This document shows positions 38,700 through 54,385 of a stretch of 64,000 bases of DNA, one piece after another. Position 1 is the stretch's first letter, and each line of letters begins with the position of its first letter. Where the stretch lies: NCBI GenBank assembly GCA_964016885.1, contig OZ024754.1:24056001-24120000 (forward strand). Reading direction: 5' to 3'. Under the pieces are notes generated by a model that was not told the origin of the DNA, made no database searches, and saw only the letters and a list, made by a program, of their open reading frames with translations. The position numbers were made by a program, and so were the translations under genes. The stretch is from Eledone cirrhosa. Lineage: Eukaryota.

Positions 38700-39090
38700 T
38701 ATACCGAGAGGCCCTGCCCGTTTGGGAAAGGCTCTACAGACATGGATTCCGGGACGGAAACCCCTTGGAAAAGAAATGTCCCAGATGCGCTTGCAACGAG
38801 GAAACTGTGGGGATATGTCGCCGGCCAACAAATGGACCTCTTCTTCCGATACCACTTCGAAAGAAGGATCAAGGTGGAGAAAAAGGCACTCAGTCCCAGC
38901 CAATTCCATGAAAGATGGGTGAAAGTAGCAATAATAGCCCGTGTAAGTGGGCCATCTCTCTATATCGGCTTGTACAGGTAAGAGAAGAAGGGAGCATCCC
39001 CCTCTCTCTGTGCTCCCTGGCAGAAAGGTCGCACACTTTCTACGGGGGTGTGTGACCCCAAAAGGCTAATAAATCGCAAAAAAACAAACA
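38700..39090 (+). mobile_element. L1/Tx1-type ORF2 3' end, internally deleted, with AATAAA/A-tail (mirror copy ~37760-38150 on minus)
   Basis: zf-RVT-like EALPV(W/R)ERLYRHG...KCPRCACNEETV, then FFRYHFERRIKVEKKALS..FHERW, then aataaatcgc(A)n. Confidence 0.65.
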
Positions 39091-39332
39091 AAAAAACAAA
39101 AAAGGGGCAAATAAAGAAATCTATACCCCAGTGGCAAATAAATCGCAAAAAAAAAAACAATAAATAAATCTATATTTCTTTTAACGGCTAAAAAAAGGGG
39201 AATGTAAATTTGTTGGAATAGCCTCATACATTGAAGTAAGCAGCAACTACAGCAAGTAAGCGGCATTTAGGCCGCTAAAATTGGATATCGCCTTGCAAGG
39301 CCAATGCTCTAACCACTAAGCCATGTGCCTCC

Positions 39333-41031
<1,699 letters not shown>

Positions 41032-42593
41032 ATATATATATATATATATGTATATCCCGCACCGCCACTCTCAAGTGTGAACCTAATACCTAACACCTTT
41101 TGTAACTGAACTCCTTCTTGTTGCTATTTACTTTTCATATATATATATATATAGATGTATGTAAAAGGTAAACAGAAATAACAACACAATCGGTACAGTA
41201 TATGGAAGGTATATGTTAGGTTAACGCTTGATATAGCATATGTATATACACAGATACACACACACACGTACATATATATGTATATATATATATGTGTGTG
41301 TGTTGTGTGTACATATACAAACACGCAGATATGTTTGTGTGTATTATATTATTATCGGTAGATTGGCAGTATCGGTAGAGAGTGGACGCCATGCTTTCCA
41401 GCATAGTTATGTCCCTTTACGGTCTGAGTTCAAATCCCGCCGAGGTTAACTTTGCCTTTCATCCTTACGGGGTTGATAAAATAAAGTACCAGTAATGTTC
41501 TGGGTAATTGCTGGCCTTGTGCCAAAAGTAGAAACAGTTATATTATTTTCGTGTGTACCACACACACACCCAAACACACATTCACACATTTGATAAACAT
41601 ATGTGATGTGTGTGTATTATTGTTGACTTTGCCTTTCATCCTTACGGGGTCGATAAAATAAAGTACCAGTAATGCACTGGTTAATTGCTGGCCTTGTGCC
41701 TAAAGTAGAAACAATTATTGTTCTTTATTTTCTTACTGTCAATAAAACATCCAACTGTAAAGTTAACATATAAAACAGTTTCTACAGCTCCAATTTCTCA
41801 TGTTTGCAGCTGACAAAATGGTGGCGACATACAATCTCACTATGGAGTGTATTTCTTTACAAAACACTTCATATAAGGAGCATTTTTTCTTCTTTTGTAG
41901 CACATTTTATACTATTGTATATATATATATATATATATTCTCTTCAAAGAGATTCCTATGAATTAACATTAGTTATTTTTTTATTTGCTTTTTTAAAAAT
42001 TATAAGTCTCATCTCTCTCTCTTTCTCTCCCTCTGATTGTATTTCTGTCTCACACCCCCTCCTCCCGTCTCTCTCTCGCTCTCTCTCTCTGATTGTCTGC
42101 CTGTCTATCACCCTCCTCTGTCTGTGCTGACATTCTCTTTCTCTGCCTACTCACCACTCTCTCTCTGATTATCATCTGTCTGTCTCTCTGACTTTCTGAA
42201 ACTCTCTCTTTCTCGGCTCTTATTCTCTTAAAAAAATATAACCTTACTCCTATCAATAGTAATTATTATTGTATTTACTTTTGGCACAAGGCTAGCAATT
42301 ATCCCAGTACATTACTTGTACTTTATTTTATCGACCCCGTAAGGATGAAAGGTAAAGTTAACCTCGGCGGGATTTATTATAGTCAATATATGAACATGCA
42401 AAACGTGTGATTTCCTCTAAAGAATGCAGATTGACAGTCATTAGAACATTGAATGGAATCCTTGGCTGTATTCCTTTCGGCTTTCTGCACTTTGATTTCA
42501 AATCCTGTCGAGGTCAACTTTACCTTTTATCCTTTGAAAGTATGTATATATCCATGGATGTATGTATGCATCTATGTATGTATGTATGCATCT

Positions 42594-43141
42594 TGGATAC
42601 CATCAGGGTTGCAGGTGTTATATCAGAGTTTTCCTTCTCCTAGAATTCTGCCTTGACAAAGGCTAAGGGGTCATCTCTCCCGGATGTTGACTTGTTCTTC
42701 TTTTTGGTAAATATCATCTTGGTTAAGAGAGTGGGACTGGCTTTGTGCAGTACCTTTGCTCACTATAAAAGCTTCACGGCACAGGCATTGGTTTATATCT
42801 GGAGATCTCTCTGCACTTGTCATCACAGGGTACAATGGGCCCAAGCACTATGTGTCAATAATTGTCACAAGTGTAGTGTTTGTACCAGAGTTTTCAAGTC
42901 GCTGGCTGGACTAAAAAGTCACACTCGTTCAGCGCATCAGTAGGGGTTCTCCTACATGGATATAAAGTAGTGGCCATACTCGAAAACGAGTTGGCAGCCA
43001 CCATGTATGCATCTAAGTAGTGTTTGTACCAGAGTTTTCAAGTCACTGGCTGGACTAAAAAGTCACACTCGTTCAGCGCATCGGTAGGGGTTCTCCTACA
43101 TGGAGAACATGGCCATACTCGAAAACGAGTTGGCAGCCACC
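42594..43141 (+). mobile_element. Fourth copy of the bipartite RTE element, with an inverted 5' segment and duplicated 3' end
   Basis: 42594-42681 is the reverse complement of the unit 5' part, joined to the forward remainder. The 3' ~125 bp is repeated at 43015-43141. Confidence 0.85.
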
Positions 43142-43174
<33 letters not shown>

Positions 43175-44172
43175 TGTATGTGTGTATATATGTCTCATGT
43201 ATGAGGGAGCTTATAGATAGGACAACACACGCTGTCTTTTCGTGGGGTAAGTTTTTAATTAATTTTTGTATTCTGAAACATCAAAATACAACAATTTGTT
43301 GGTCACCGGACTCGGGAATGTCACGACAGAAGTTTGTGGAAGTTACACAAATATTTTAGTATATTTTAGCAGAGCAATCCTTATTTATATTTTACATTTT
43401 ACATTTTACATTTACTTACATCTCAATATAACATGGCTAAAATTCAAATTTTGCAAAGAGAAGAAAACGGACAAATGTACTAGATACATCTCACTGTCCC
43501 CCACCACCACAATAACGTCTACACTCTCTCCCCACCATCACATGTCATTACCTATCTAGACTAAAGTCATCGACCTGTTGTCAAACTCTATGTTATATGC
43601 CAATATATTATAATATTGTTATTATAGTGTTATTGTAATATTTATACTGTTTGTGCAAATTGACTGGAGATTATTAATTATATATTTATATACTATATTA
43701 TATTTTATATGTTTACTTTTACTCATTTCTTTATCATTTTATACTGTAAATAATATATGTATTATTTTTATTTTTATTTTTATTTATATTTAAACTCTTA
43801 ATAGGTGTTAGTTTGGGTTTGTATAGATGGATATGTGTATTGATATATATATGTATATATATATGTGTACATATGTATATGTATATGTATGTTTATTGGG
43901 CCTTTTAATATTATTATTATTATCATTATCAATTATATTATATTATATTATATTATATTATATTATATTATATTTAGCACCGTAATTCTCCCTTTATATC
44001 ACCACTTGTGTTTAGCTTTAGTTTTTGCATTGTACTATATTTGTAATATGGTTCAAAATGTTATTCACTTCCTTAGCAATTTTTACTTGATAATTTCCCT
44101 ATGCTTTAATGTATGTATACTCCCTATTCTTCTGAGTTTTTGGCTTGTATTGGCCGATAATGCTTCTTATAG

Positions 44173-44226
44173 CTTTAATTGCCCTGATGAGTCCTTAATA
44201 GGACGAAACATTGTTGGCTAATAAAG
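44173..44226 (+). ncRNA. Minimal type-I hammerhead ribozyme
   Basis: ctttaattgcc-CTGATGA-GTCC ttaata GGAC-GAAA-c att g-TT-ggctaataaag. Confidence 0.75.
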
Positions 44227-44824
44227 ACTTTTGATGTATTGAAGGCTTCTTTGGTTTATTTCTTAAATATATATATGTATGTATATGTGTGTATATACAT
44301 CACTCAGTCAAACGACCAGATTTCAACCCCAACATCTACAACAACAACACCGGCACTAATGTTTACAGCAATAACAGCTTCAGAATGAACTGACATGAAC
44401 ATTTACAACAACAACAACAGCGGCATCAAAAGATAAAAAAAAAAAAAACTCAAAATAACAAAACACACACACACACGCACACAACACAACAACAACATCA
44501 ACTGCCACCACTACCACCACTACCGCCGCCGCCATCACCATCACCAGAAAACAACTTTAATAATAATTTTTCTGCTTTTGGCACGGATCCAGCGACTTTT
44601 CAGCGCATCACTGGTACTCTCTTTTGTTGACTCCGTGGGGATGAAAGGCAAGGTTGACCTCGGCGGGATTTGAGCTCAGGGCGTGGAGAGCCATAACTCT
44701 ATGCTGTAAAGCAATTATAATAATACTGGACTGTAGTACGATCGGCTTCAACTATACAAACTCTTGAAAGTCAACAGTTGACATAATCTTGTAATCTTGT
44801 ATCAGTAATGACGGTAATATAATA

Positions 44825-44856
<32 letters not shown>

Positions 44857-44974
44857 AAGTGAGTAGAGTAGTGTGTGTGTGTTTGTTTGTATGTATGAGT
44901 GTTGCTGTGTGCACGTGTGTGTATGTCGTACGTATAAGTGTCAATAAGTGATTTTTTTTTTTTTTTTTTTTTTG

Positions 44975-45311
44975 CGCGGGGACAGAAATAATCGGGCTGG
45001 ATGCCCGATCGCGCAGTTAAACTACTGGGAGTGAAGAACCCCTAGCCCTTGTCAGGGCATTCTTCTAGGAGAAGGCATCTCAGGAAACTGGGTTAACTCC
45101 GACATAAAACCTGCGGCTCAGTAGTTACCGATGATGTTGATCTTTTCTTCTTTTCGGGTTATAACTACTGTCGCTCAGAGAGTGGGATTGGCTCAGTGCA
45201 CAGTCTTTCCTCACTTTAAAAATATTCGTCACGCACAGGCATTGCACGAGTGCATTAATAATTATTAATAGTGTACTATTATTATTATTATTATTATTAT
45301 TACTATTATTA

Positions 45312-45342
<31 letters not shown>

Positions 45343-48300
45343 CCAATTCAATGATGTTCCAGAACAATATAAAAGAGATAATTGGCAATTTAGGTTCTGG
45401 AACAAAAAAGATAATTGGCAATAAGGGAAGGGGCCCCAGGTTATCACAGCTTGGGCCCGCTCGTCATCGTGCCATTGTAATAGAGCCAAACAAGGCATTT
45501 AGTCTTGGCTGCTGGAACGTACGGACGCTGCTTGACAGGGATTCCTTGGAGCGTCCTGAATGAAGGACCGCTCTTGTTGCAAAGGAGCTTCGACGTTATG
45601 ATCTTGACATCGTGGCTTTATCTGAGACGAGGTTAGCTGGAGATGGTCATCTTACAGAATTTTGTGGAGAATATACATTCTTCTGGAAAGGAAGAGATGA
45701 AGGAACCAGAAGAGAGGCTGGGGTAGGATTTGCTGTTAAGACTGTACTTGTGAATAAATTAGAAGAATTCCCAGTAGGGATTAGTGAGCGTCTTATGTCC
45801 ATGAGAGTTCCGCTGGACAAAGGAAGATATGCTACCCTGGTGAGTGTGTATGTTCCAATTCTGTCGATGAAGAAAAAGTGTCCTTTTACCATGCCTTGAA
45901 AGGTGTTTTAAGAAATATCCCTCAGGCAGACAAAGTCATCGTGCTTGGTGACTTTAATGCTAGAGTGGGTAGGGATTTTAACACATGGAATGTAATCGGA
46001 AGGCATGGGGTGGGAAAGTGTAACAACAATGGTATGCTCCTGCTGCAGATGTGTGAGGAGCTGGATCTGTGTGTTACCAACACCATGTTCCAACAAAAGA
46101 ACAAATTCAAGACCACATGAATGCATCCTGCATCTAAGGAATGGCATCTTTTGGACTACGTCCTAGACAGGATGCGTGACAGACAGGATGTGCAGTGTGT
46201 TTGTGCTCTTCGTGGAGCTGAGTGCTGGACGGACCACCGTCTGGTAGGCGCAAAAGTGAAACTAATCACTAAACGTAAAATCCGGGCTCCTGGTGTTGCC
46301 CTGCCCAAAAGATTGAATGCTGCTCGTCTTAAGGATAAAAATGTGAAGAGGACATTGGAAGAAGAGATGCAGGCTGCAGATCTTGGTGAGGATTGGCCGA
46401 CCCTTAAAAAGTCGGTTTATGATGTAGGCAGGCGTGTTCTGGGATTGGTGCAGAGAAAACATCAGGACTGGTTTAATGAGAATGATGTACATATAGAAGA
46501 CTTGTTGGCTGATAAGAGGCGTGCTCTGTCACGCTACTTGACGGCAAAACCACAGGAGAGGAATACGTTGCATGAGGAACTCAGGGATGTAAAATCACGT
46601 GTTAGGCGGAGTCTTTCTCAGATGAAGGATCAGTGGTGGAGTGAGAAGGCTGGTGAGATACAAACTGCGTTAGATTCCAATAACACAAAGCTGTTGTACA
46701 GTCTCTTGCGTGAGGTTTATGAACCGTCTTCTTCTCTGGTGACACCGCTTCGCAGCAAGGATAGCAAAGAACTTCTTCGTGACTCACAAGGAATTCTACG
46801 AAGGTGGCGAGAGCACTTTGATGATTTTTTGAATCAGCCGTCTGTCGTCAGTGAATATTTCCTCAATCTCATTCCAGAAAGTCCTGTGAAAGTAGCTCTC
46901 GCAGAACCTCCGACGCTTGTGGAGGTTGCAGTGGCTATTTCAAAGCTGAACAGTGGAAGATCTCCAGGTATGGATGGCATACATGCTGAGCTCCTACAAT
47001 ATGGTGGTGAGAGACTCCTACAACATCTTCACTCTTTGTTTGGCAGGATATGGGCTAATGAATCCGTACCTGAGGACTGGAGAGATGCAGTAATGGTGGT
47101 CTTGTACAAGGGAAAGGGTAACAGGAATGATTGTGGGAACTACAGAGGTATATCATTGCTTTCTGTCGTAGGGAAAGTTTTATGTAGGGTGCTTCTGGAC
47201 CGTCTGCTGACACACATTGCAGATTGTGTTCTTCCTGAAATCAATCTGGTTTTCATGCTGGACGCGGCACTACTGATATGATCTTCTCAGCTAGACAGCT
47301 CCAGGAGAAGTGCATGGAACAAGGCTTGGATCTGTATCAGGTTTTTGTCGATTTGACAAAAGCTTTCGATACTGTTAACAGAGATGCATTATGGAAGGTT
47401 CTCCAGAAACTTGGTTGCCCTGATAAGTTCCTTGCTTTAGTTAGGTCTTTCCATGATGACATGAAGGCTTGGGTTAATGTCGGAGGTAACATGTCGGAGC
47501 CTATCTCAGTAAAAAATGGAGTGAAACAGGGGGATATTCCAGCACCGACCCTGTTTGCCATACACTTTGTAATGGTTTTCTGTATTGCATTCAGGAATTG
47601 CGAGCATGGTGTTTACATCCGATATCGAACCTCAGGCAGCATATTTAACATCAGGCGCTTTGCTGCAAAGACAAAAGTATTTACATCAATCATAAGAGAC
47701 CTCTTGTATGCAGATGATTGCGATCTTGTAGCGCACACAGAGAGTAATATGCAGCACATTTTAAATGCATTTTCTGACGCTTGCACTGCCCTAGGATTGA
47801 CTGTCAGTCTCAAGAAAACCGTCGTCATGTACCAACCTGCCCCTGGTAAGCAGTACACTGAACCAAATATCTATGTGTATGGCAAACGACTTGGAGTGGT
47901 TGATCAGTTTGTCTACCTGGGAAGCACTGTCAATCGATACAGCAGCCTTGACAGTGAAATCTCACTTAGGATTAGGAAAGCAAGTGATGCTTTCGGAAAG
48001 CTAGAAAGGCGACTCTGGGGTCGGTGAGACATATGCAGGAGGACAAAGGTAAAGGTGTACAGGGCATGTGTGCTCTCTTGTCTTCTTTATGCCTGCGAGA
48101 CTTGGGTCACATATCGACACCATCTTAAGCAATTGGAGCGTTTCCATCAGATGTGTCTCAGACGGATCCATGGCGTTCACTGGAGGGACCACATCAGTGA
48201 TGTTGAGATTTTGGAAAGTTCTATGTGTGACAGTATAGAAGCTCTTGTGCTTAAGCAACGACTCCGTTGGAGTGGTCACCTTGCCAGGATGAAGGATTCT

Positions 48301-49055
48301 AGAATACCAAAACAACTCTTTTATGGAGAGTTGGTTAAAGGAAAATGACCGCCACATAAACCAAAAAAGAGGTATAAGGATTCCTTGAAAGCCTCTCTGA
48401 AAGACGCTAACATCTCTGCTGATACATGGGAAAATATTGCTGCTGATCGTAATAAATGGAGAAAGACTGTATATGAGGGAAAAGTTGCCTTTGAGGCATC
48501 TCGAATCGCATACGAGAAAGTAAAGCGGGATGTGAGGAAGGGCATTGCTGTTGCACTTCCAGACGGCGAGGGTCCTCCTATGGTGCTGACATGCAGCGTC
48601 TGTGCGAGACTCTGCCTAAGCAAAGCTGGACTCGAAAGTCATCTTCGCAGTCATAAAGTAAGACCAGTGGTTGACCACCAGGCTGCTGTTGGAGATGCTA
48701 CTCATCATGCTTGCCAAACATGTGGTAGAGAATGTAAATCAGCAGGAGGGCTCAAGCGACATGCAAAAGTACACAAACTCCAACCACAGCCGACTATTCC
48801 CAGTGAATGTTTTGGTTGCCGACTCTGTGCAAGACATTTTAGATCATTGGCTGGGCTAAAAAGCCACATTCGATTGCAGCGCTGTTAGTTGCTATCGTGT
48901 GTGTGTGTGTGTGTATAGATATGTTTATGTATGTGCGTGTATGTGTATATATATATATGTATATGTATATTATTATTGTTGTTGTCGTTATTATTATTAT
49001 TGTTATTAATGTATATGTGTGTGTGTATATATGTGTGTGTGTATGTATGTATGTG

Positions 49056-49090
<35 letters not shown>

Positions 49091-49222
49091 TTTTTTTATT
49101 TTTATTTTATTTTTTATTTATTTATTAATTTTTATTTTTATTTTTATTTTTTTATTTATTTTATTTTTTTTTTTTTCCTCCTCCTGCAATGGCCATACTC
49201 GATAACAAGTGGGCAGCCATCA
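44975..49222 (+). mobile_element. Near full-length BovB-like RTE LINE, inactivated, with three C-terminal C2H2 zinc fingers
   Basis: 5'UTR, EN (GCWNVRTL, ALSETR, LGDFNARVG, HLLDYV, TDHRLV), RT ([18 protein letters not shown]), LRWSGHLARM, three CxxC..H fingers in ORF 48385-48888, and tail tggccatactcgataacaagtgggcagccatc. Several stops and frameshifts. Confidence 0.93.
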
Positions 49223-49304
49223 TGTATATATATGTATGTATGTATATATATATATGTATATTATTATTGTTGTTGTCGTTATTATTATTGTTATTATTTT
49301 TTTT

Positions 49305-49938
49305 TGTATGTATGAATGCATGCATGCATGTATGTATGCATGTATGTATGTATGTATGCATGTATGTCTGTATGTATGTATGCATGTATGTATGCATGTA
49401 TGTATGTATGTATGTATGGATGTAACTATGTATGTATGCATGCATGCATGTATGCATGTATGTATGCATGTATGTATGTATGTATGTATGTATGCATGTA
49501 TGTATGGATGTAACTATGTATGTATGCATGTATGTATGTATGTATGTATGCATGCATGTATGCATGTATGTATGTATGCATGGATGTATGGATGAATGTA
49601 TGCATGTTTGCCTGTATGTATGTATGTATGCATGTATGCATGTATGCATGCATGCATGTATGCATGTATGCATGTATGTATGCATGTATGGATGTAACTA
49701 TGTATGTATGTATGCATGCATGTATGTATGCATGTATGTATGTATGTATGTATGCATGTAAGTATGCATGTATGCATGTATGTATGCATGAATGTATGTA
49801 TGCATGTATGTATGGATGTATGGATATATGTATGCATGTTTGCCTGTATGTATGCATGTATGCATGTATGTATGCATGTATGTATGCATGTATGTATGGA
49901 TGTAACTATGTATGTATGCATGTATGTATGCATGTATG
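49305..49938. repeat. (TATG)n/(CATG)n microsatellite with recurring ggatgtaac higher-order variants
   Basis: Seen directly in the sequence. Confidence 0.95.
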
Positions 49939-50448
49939 TTCGGCTGGTATGGTAATGCACTGCGTCTTGCTGCCACACGTATGGCCTACCTGCAGCTACT
50001 TGGTCGATCCACGCCTTTCTCCCTTGCAATGGCACGCATCGACTTGCTAGGTTCATTGTTGATGATATCCTGAACTTCAGCGACGAACTCGGGCGTTCTG
50101 AAGGCGTCAGATCGTCGATCATGTTTTCCTCTCTGATGTTGCTTTGTAGTTGAATCCTGAATCTTCCAATTCCTTTCTGACCTTTTCCACCATTCTCCTG
50201 CTGACGCTGAGAAAGTCTGAAATTTCCTTATTTGTCCTCCCGGCGCGGATTCCAATAAGAATTCGTTATCGAGTATGTGTCTCTTCCACAAATTTGGAGG
50301 TTCAAAATTATTCATAATCAATTATTCTGAAAATAAATAATGGAAATATAGTCACTGTTTTTATGAAGACAAGAGTGACAACGGAAGTAAAAAAAAATTG
50401 CATAAAATTAGCAGTTGAAAATTGCGAACAAATATCGTCCGCACCCTG
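49939..50448 (-). mobile_element. Tc1/mariner DD37D (maT/Bmmar1-like) transposon remnant
   Basis: HDRRSDAFRTPEFVAEVQDIINNEPSKSMRAIARE joined to WIDQVAAGRPYVWQQD. The terminus is ta|cagggtgcggacg at 50448. Confidence 0.7.
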
Positions 50449-51077
50449 TATATAAGAAGGTGACACCAAGATTTTGTTGTACTATAAAGTAATAGATTTA
50501 ATAATCTATGATCCATAGAAAAAAGTTGGCATGCAACCTACGGGGAGCAGAGGAGCTCTCTACATAGTCGGAGCTTTCACAATGCTACGTGGAAATACAG
50601 AGAATTTAAAACAAAACTGGACACGAAGTCTGTCTGTGCTAGACATTGATATAAAACTTGTAGTGAGGAAGACCTAGACACATACACTAACACAAACAAC
50701 AGACACACAAAACACACAGAGAGAAACACACAACATACTGAAACACACACATATACTTCCCAGAGACAACAAAGTTTTTTATGAGTAAAGAAGAAAGAGG
50801 TGAAAGCTATCAATGAACAAGGCTTTTGTAGTAGACAGGTGTTACATAACTTCATTAAAACTAGAATCACATGAACGTGGTGAGAGCTCCTTAATCGCAC
50901 AGCTAAGCCTATTTCACATGTATATATATATATATTGTTATACTTTGGGAAGGTCATGTTGTCAATAAGAAACACACGCGCCAATTGCGTTCACTTCAAT
51001 TTATTATAATAAATTTATAAATTTCCGGTTGGTTGGTTGGTTGGTTGGTTCCACAACCAGATGGTTGTTTATATCTT

Positions 51078-51120
51078 GTCAAAGTTCTTTCGTCACACAT
51101 TATGTGACCTCTTCAGTGAC
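51078..51120 (-). ncRNA. Hammerhead-like motif (extra G before stem II) inside a ~260-bp unit bounded by ~45-bp inverted repeats
   Basis: Minus: gtca-CTGAAGA-g-gtcaca taatg tgtgac-GAAA-gaac-TT-tgac. IR arms ~50932-50975/51148-51192. A related copy lies at 55825-55867(+). Confidence 0.55.
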
Positions 51121-51270
51121 TGGGGATTCTTTTCTTTGTTTTTTTCTGTGTTTCTTATTGGCAACATGACCCTCCCCAAGTATAACAATATCGGTTTCAA
51201 CACACGTTTTCAGATAAAGAATCTTGCTAAACAAATTCAGAAACGAAATATATATATATATATATATATA

Positions 51271-51957
51271 TTTCGTTGCATTACCATCTTTGATTGTTTA
51301 CAGTCTCGCTCGTTCCCCTTATTTACGTGTCCCAACGGCTTTCTTTAGCCGTTGCTCGCACTAACCAGAGGTATATGGTCTTTAAAGTGATGAAATACCA
51401 ATGAAGGTTGGCAGATCACTGATGAAGGACTAAATTTATTCATATGTAACCCATTTGCAACCACGCAGCACGCTTGTTTTCATATTCACACATATATATT
51501 TTCCTCCGCTGTGACCCGTCAGTTTCTTTCTTACTGCTTCCTCTTTTCTCTGTATCTCTCACTTCCCTTTACCCCCTCTAACAGTCACTCTCTCTGTTAG
51601 CCTCTTCCTCACCTTTCACTCACCCACTCTCTGCTACTCCCTCTCCTACTTCCTCCCGTTTGACCTGTGCGAAATTCTTTCCTCACGCACACTTTGACCA
51701 GGTCGGATGGTCTTTATTCTCTCTCGTCCATGATTTCACAGAACTTATATTCATCGATTTCAGGGACTTGACTCCTTCTTCCTCACTTTTCGTTGCATTA
51801 CCATCTTTGATTGTTTACTGTCTCGCTCGTTCCCCTTATTTACGTGTCCCAACGACTTTCTTTAGCCGTTGCTCGCACCAACCGGAGGTATATGGTCTTT
51901 AAAGCGATGAAATATCAATGAAGGTTGGCAGATCACTGATGAAGGACTAAATTTATT

Positions 51958-51961
<4 letters not shown>
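51271..51961. repeat. ~175-bp direct repeat pair (51271-51445 / ~51789-51961)
   Basis: ttcgttgcattaccatctttgattg...ctgatgaaggactaaatttattcatat occurs twice. Confidence 0.85.
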
Positions 51962-53310
<1,349 letters not shown>

Positions 53311-53679
53311 TGTTATATATATATTTTTTTTTTTCAGTATATTTTCTGTAGTACCACTCCACATAAATTCCTCAATTTAAGAATGACCTGTAGTATCTAT
53401 TTCATACTATTAACCTCAATTGACTATATATCTGACCAGGAATCTGTGTAAATCAGTCATATGGAACTATTGTCATCTTTCCTGGCGGTTTGAACTTGAC
53501 CACACCACCTGCCTCTTTGAGGTCAAATACCAACCCTACTAGCATCTACAAACTGACCAATGAGAATTAAGACTATTCCTGCTGACAACATTAAATTATT
53601 CCTAACAAGCTCATATGTCCCAAGGCTCTGATACCATCAACACCATAAACACAGATCTGGTATATCTAAGAACTGACTA

Positions 53680-53735
53680 ACTGCCTGATGAGATCATAGA
53701 CATTCAATGGCTATCATCGAAATATATATAGCAGT
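53680..53735 (+). ncRNA. Minimal type-I hammerhead ribozyme
   Basis: actgc-CTGATGA-gat catag...ctatc atc-GAAA-t atat a-TA-gcagt, followed by AATAAA. Confidence 0.72.
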
Positions 53736-53776
53736 AAATAAAGGATTATGAGTTCATGCAATTGACTTATGTTTCG

Positions 53777-53837
<61 letters not shown>

Positions 53838-53842
53838 TTACA

Positions 53843-53874
<32 letters not shown>

Positions 53875-53887
53875 CATATATATAATA

Positions 53888-54385
53888 TATTGGTTTTATA
53901 TTGATTTTATATAGATTTTATATTGATTTTATATTGGTGTTATATTGGTTTTATATTGATTTTATATTGGTTTTATATTGATTTAATATTGGTTTTATAT
54001 TGATTTTATATTGTTTTTATATTGGTTTTATATTGGTTTTATATTGATTTTATATTGGTTTTATATTGATTTTATATTGGTTTTATATTGGTTTTATATT
54101 GGTTTTATATTGTTTTTATATTGATTTTATATTGGTTTTATATTGATTTTATATTGGTTTTGTATTGATTTTATATTGGTTTTATATTATTTTTATATTG
54201 GTTTTATATTATAATATATTATAATATAATATATTATATTATAATATATTATGATATATATTATATTATATTATATTATATTATATTATATTATATTATA
54301 TTATATTATAATATAATATTATATTATAATATATTATAATATAATATAATATAATATAATATAATATATTATATTATATTATATT
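53888..54385. repeat. 11-bp minisatellite (TGRTTTTATAT)n followed by (ATATT)n
   Basis: Seen directly in the sequence. Confidence 0.9.

Larger units (their letters stand above)
37554..39294. repeat. ~790-bp inverted duplication (arms 37554-38343 and 38507-39294)
   Basis: The arms are reverse complements with few substitutions, giving paired 136-aa shadow ORFs on opposite strands. Confidence 0.93.

Noticed and set aside
51414-51445. CTGATGA in the direct repeats (also ~51937) as a hammerhead
   Set aside because: No closing stem II/GAAA/UH follows. At best it is truncated.
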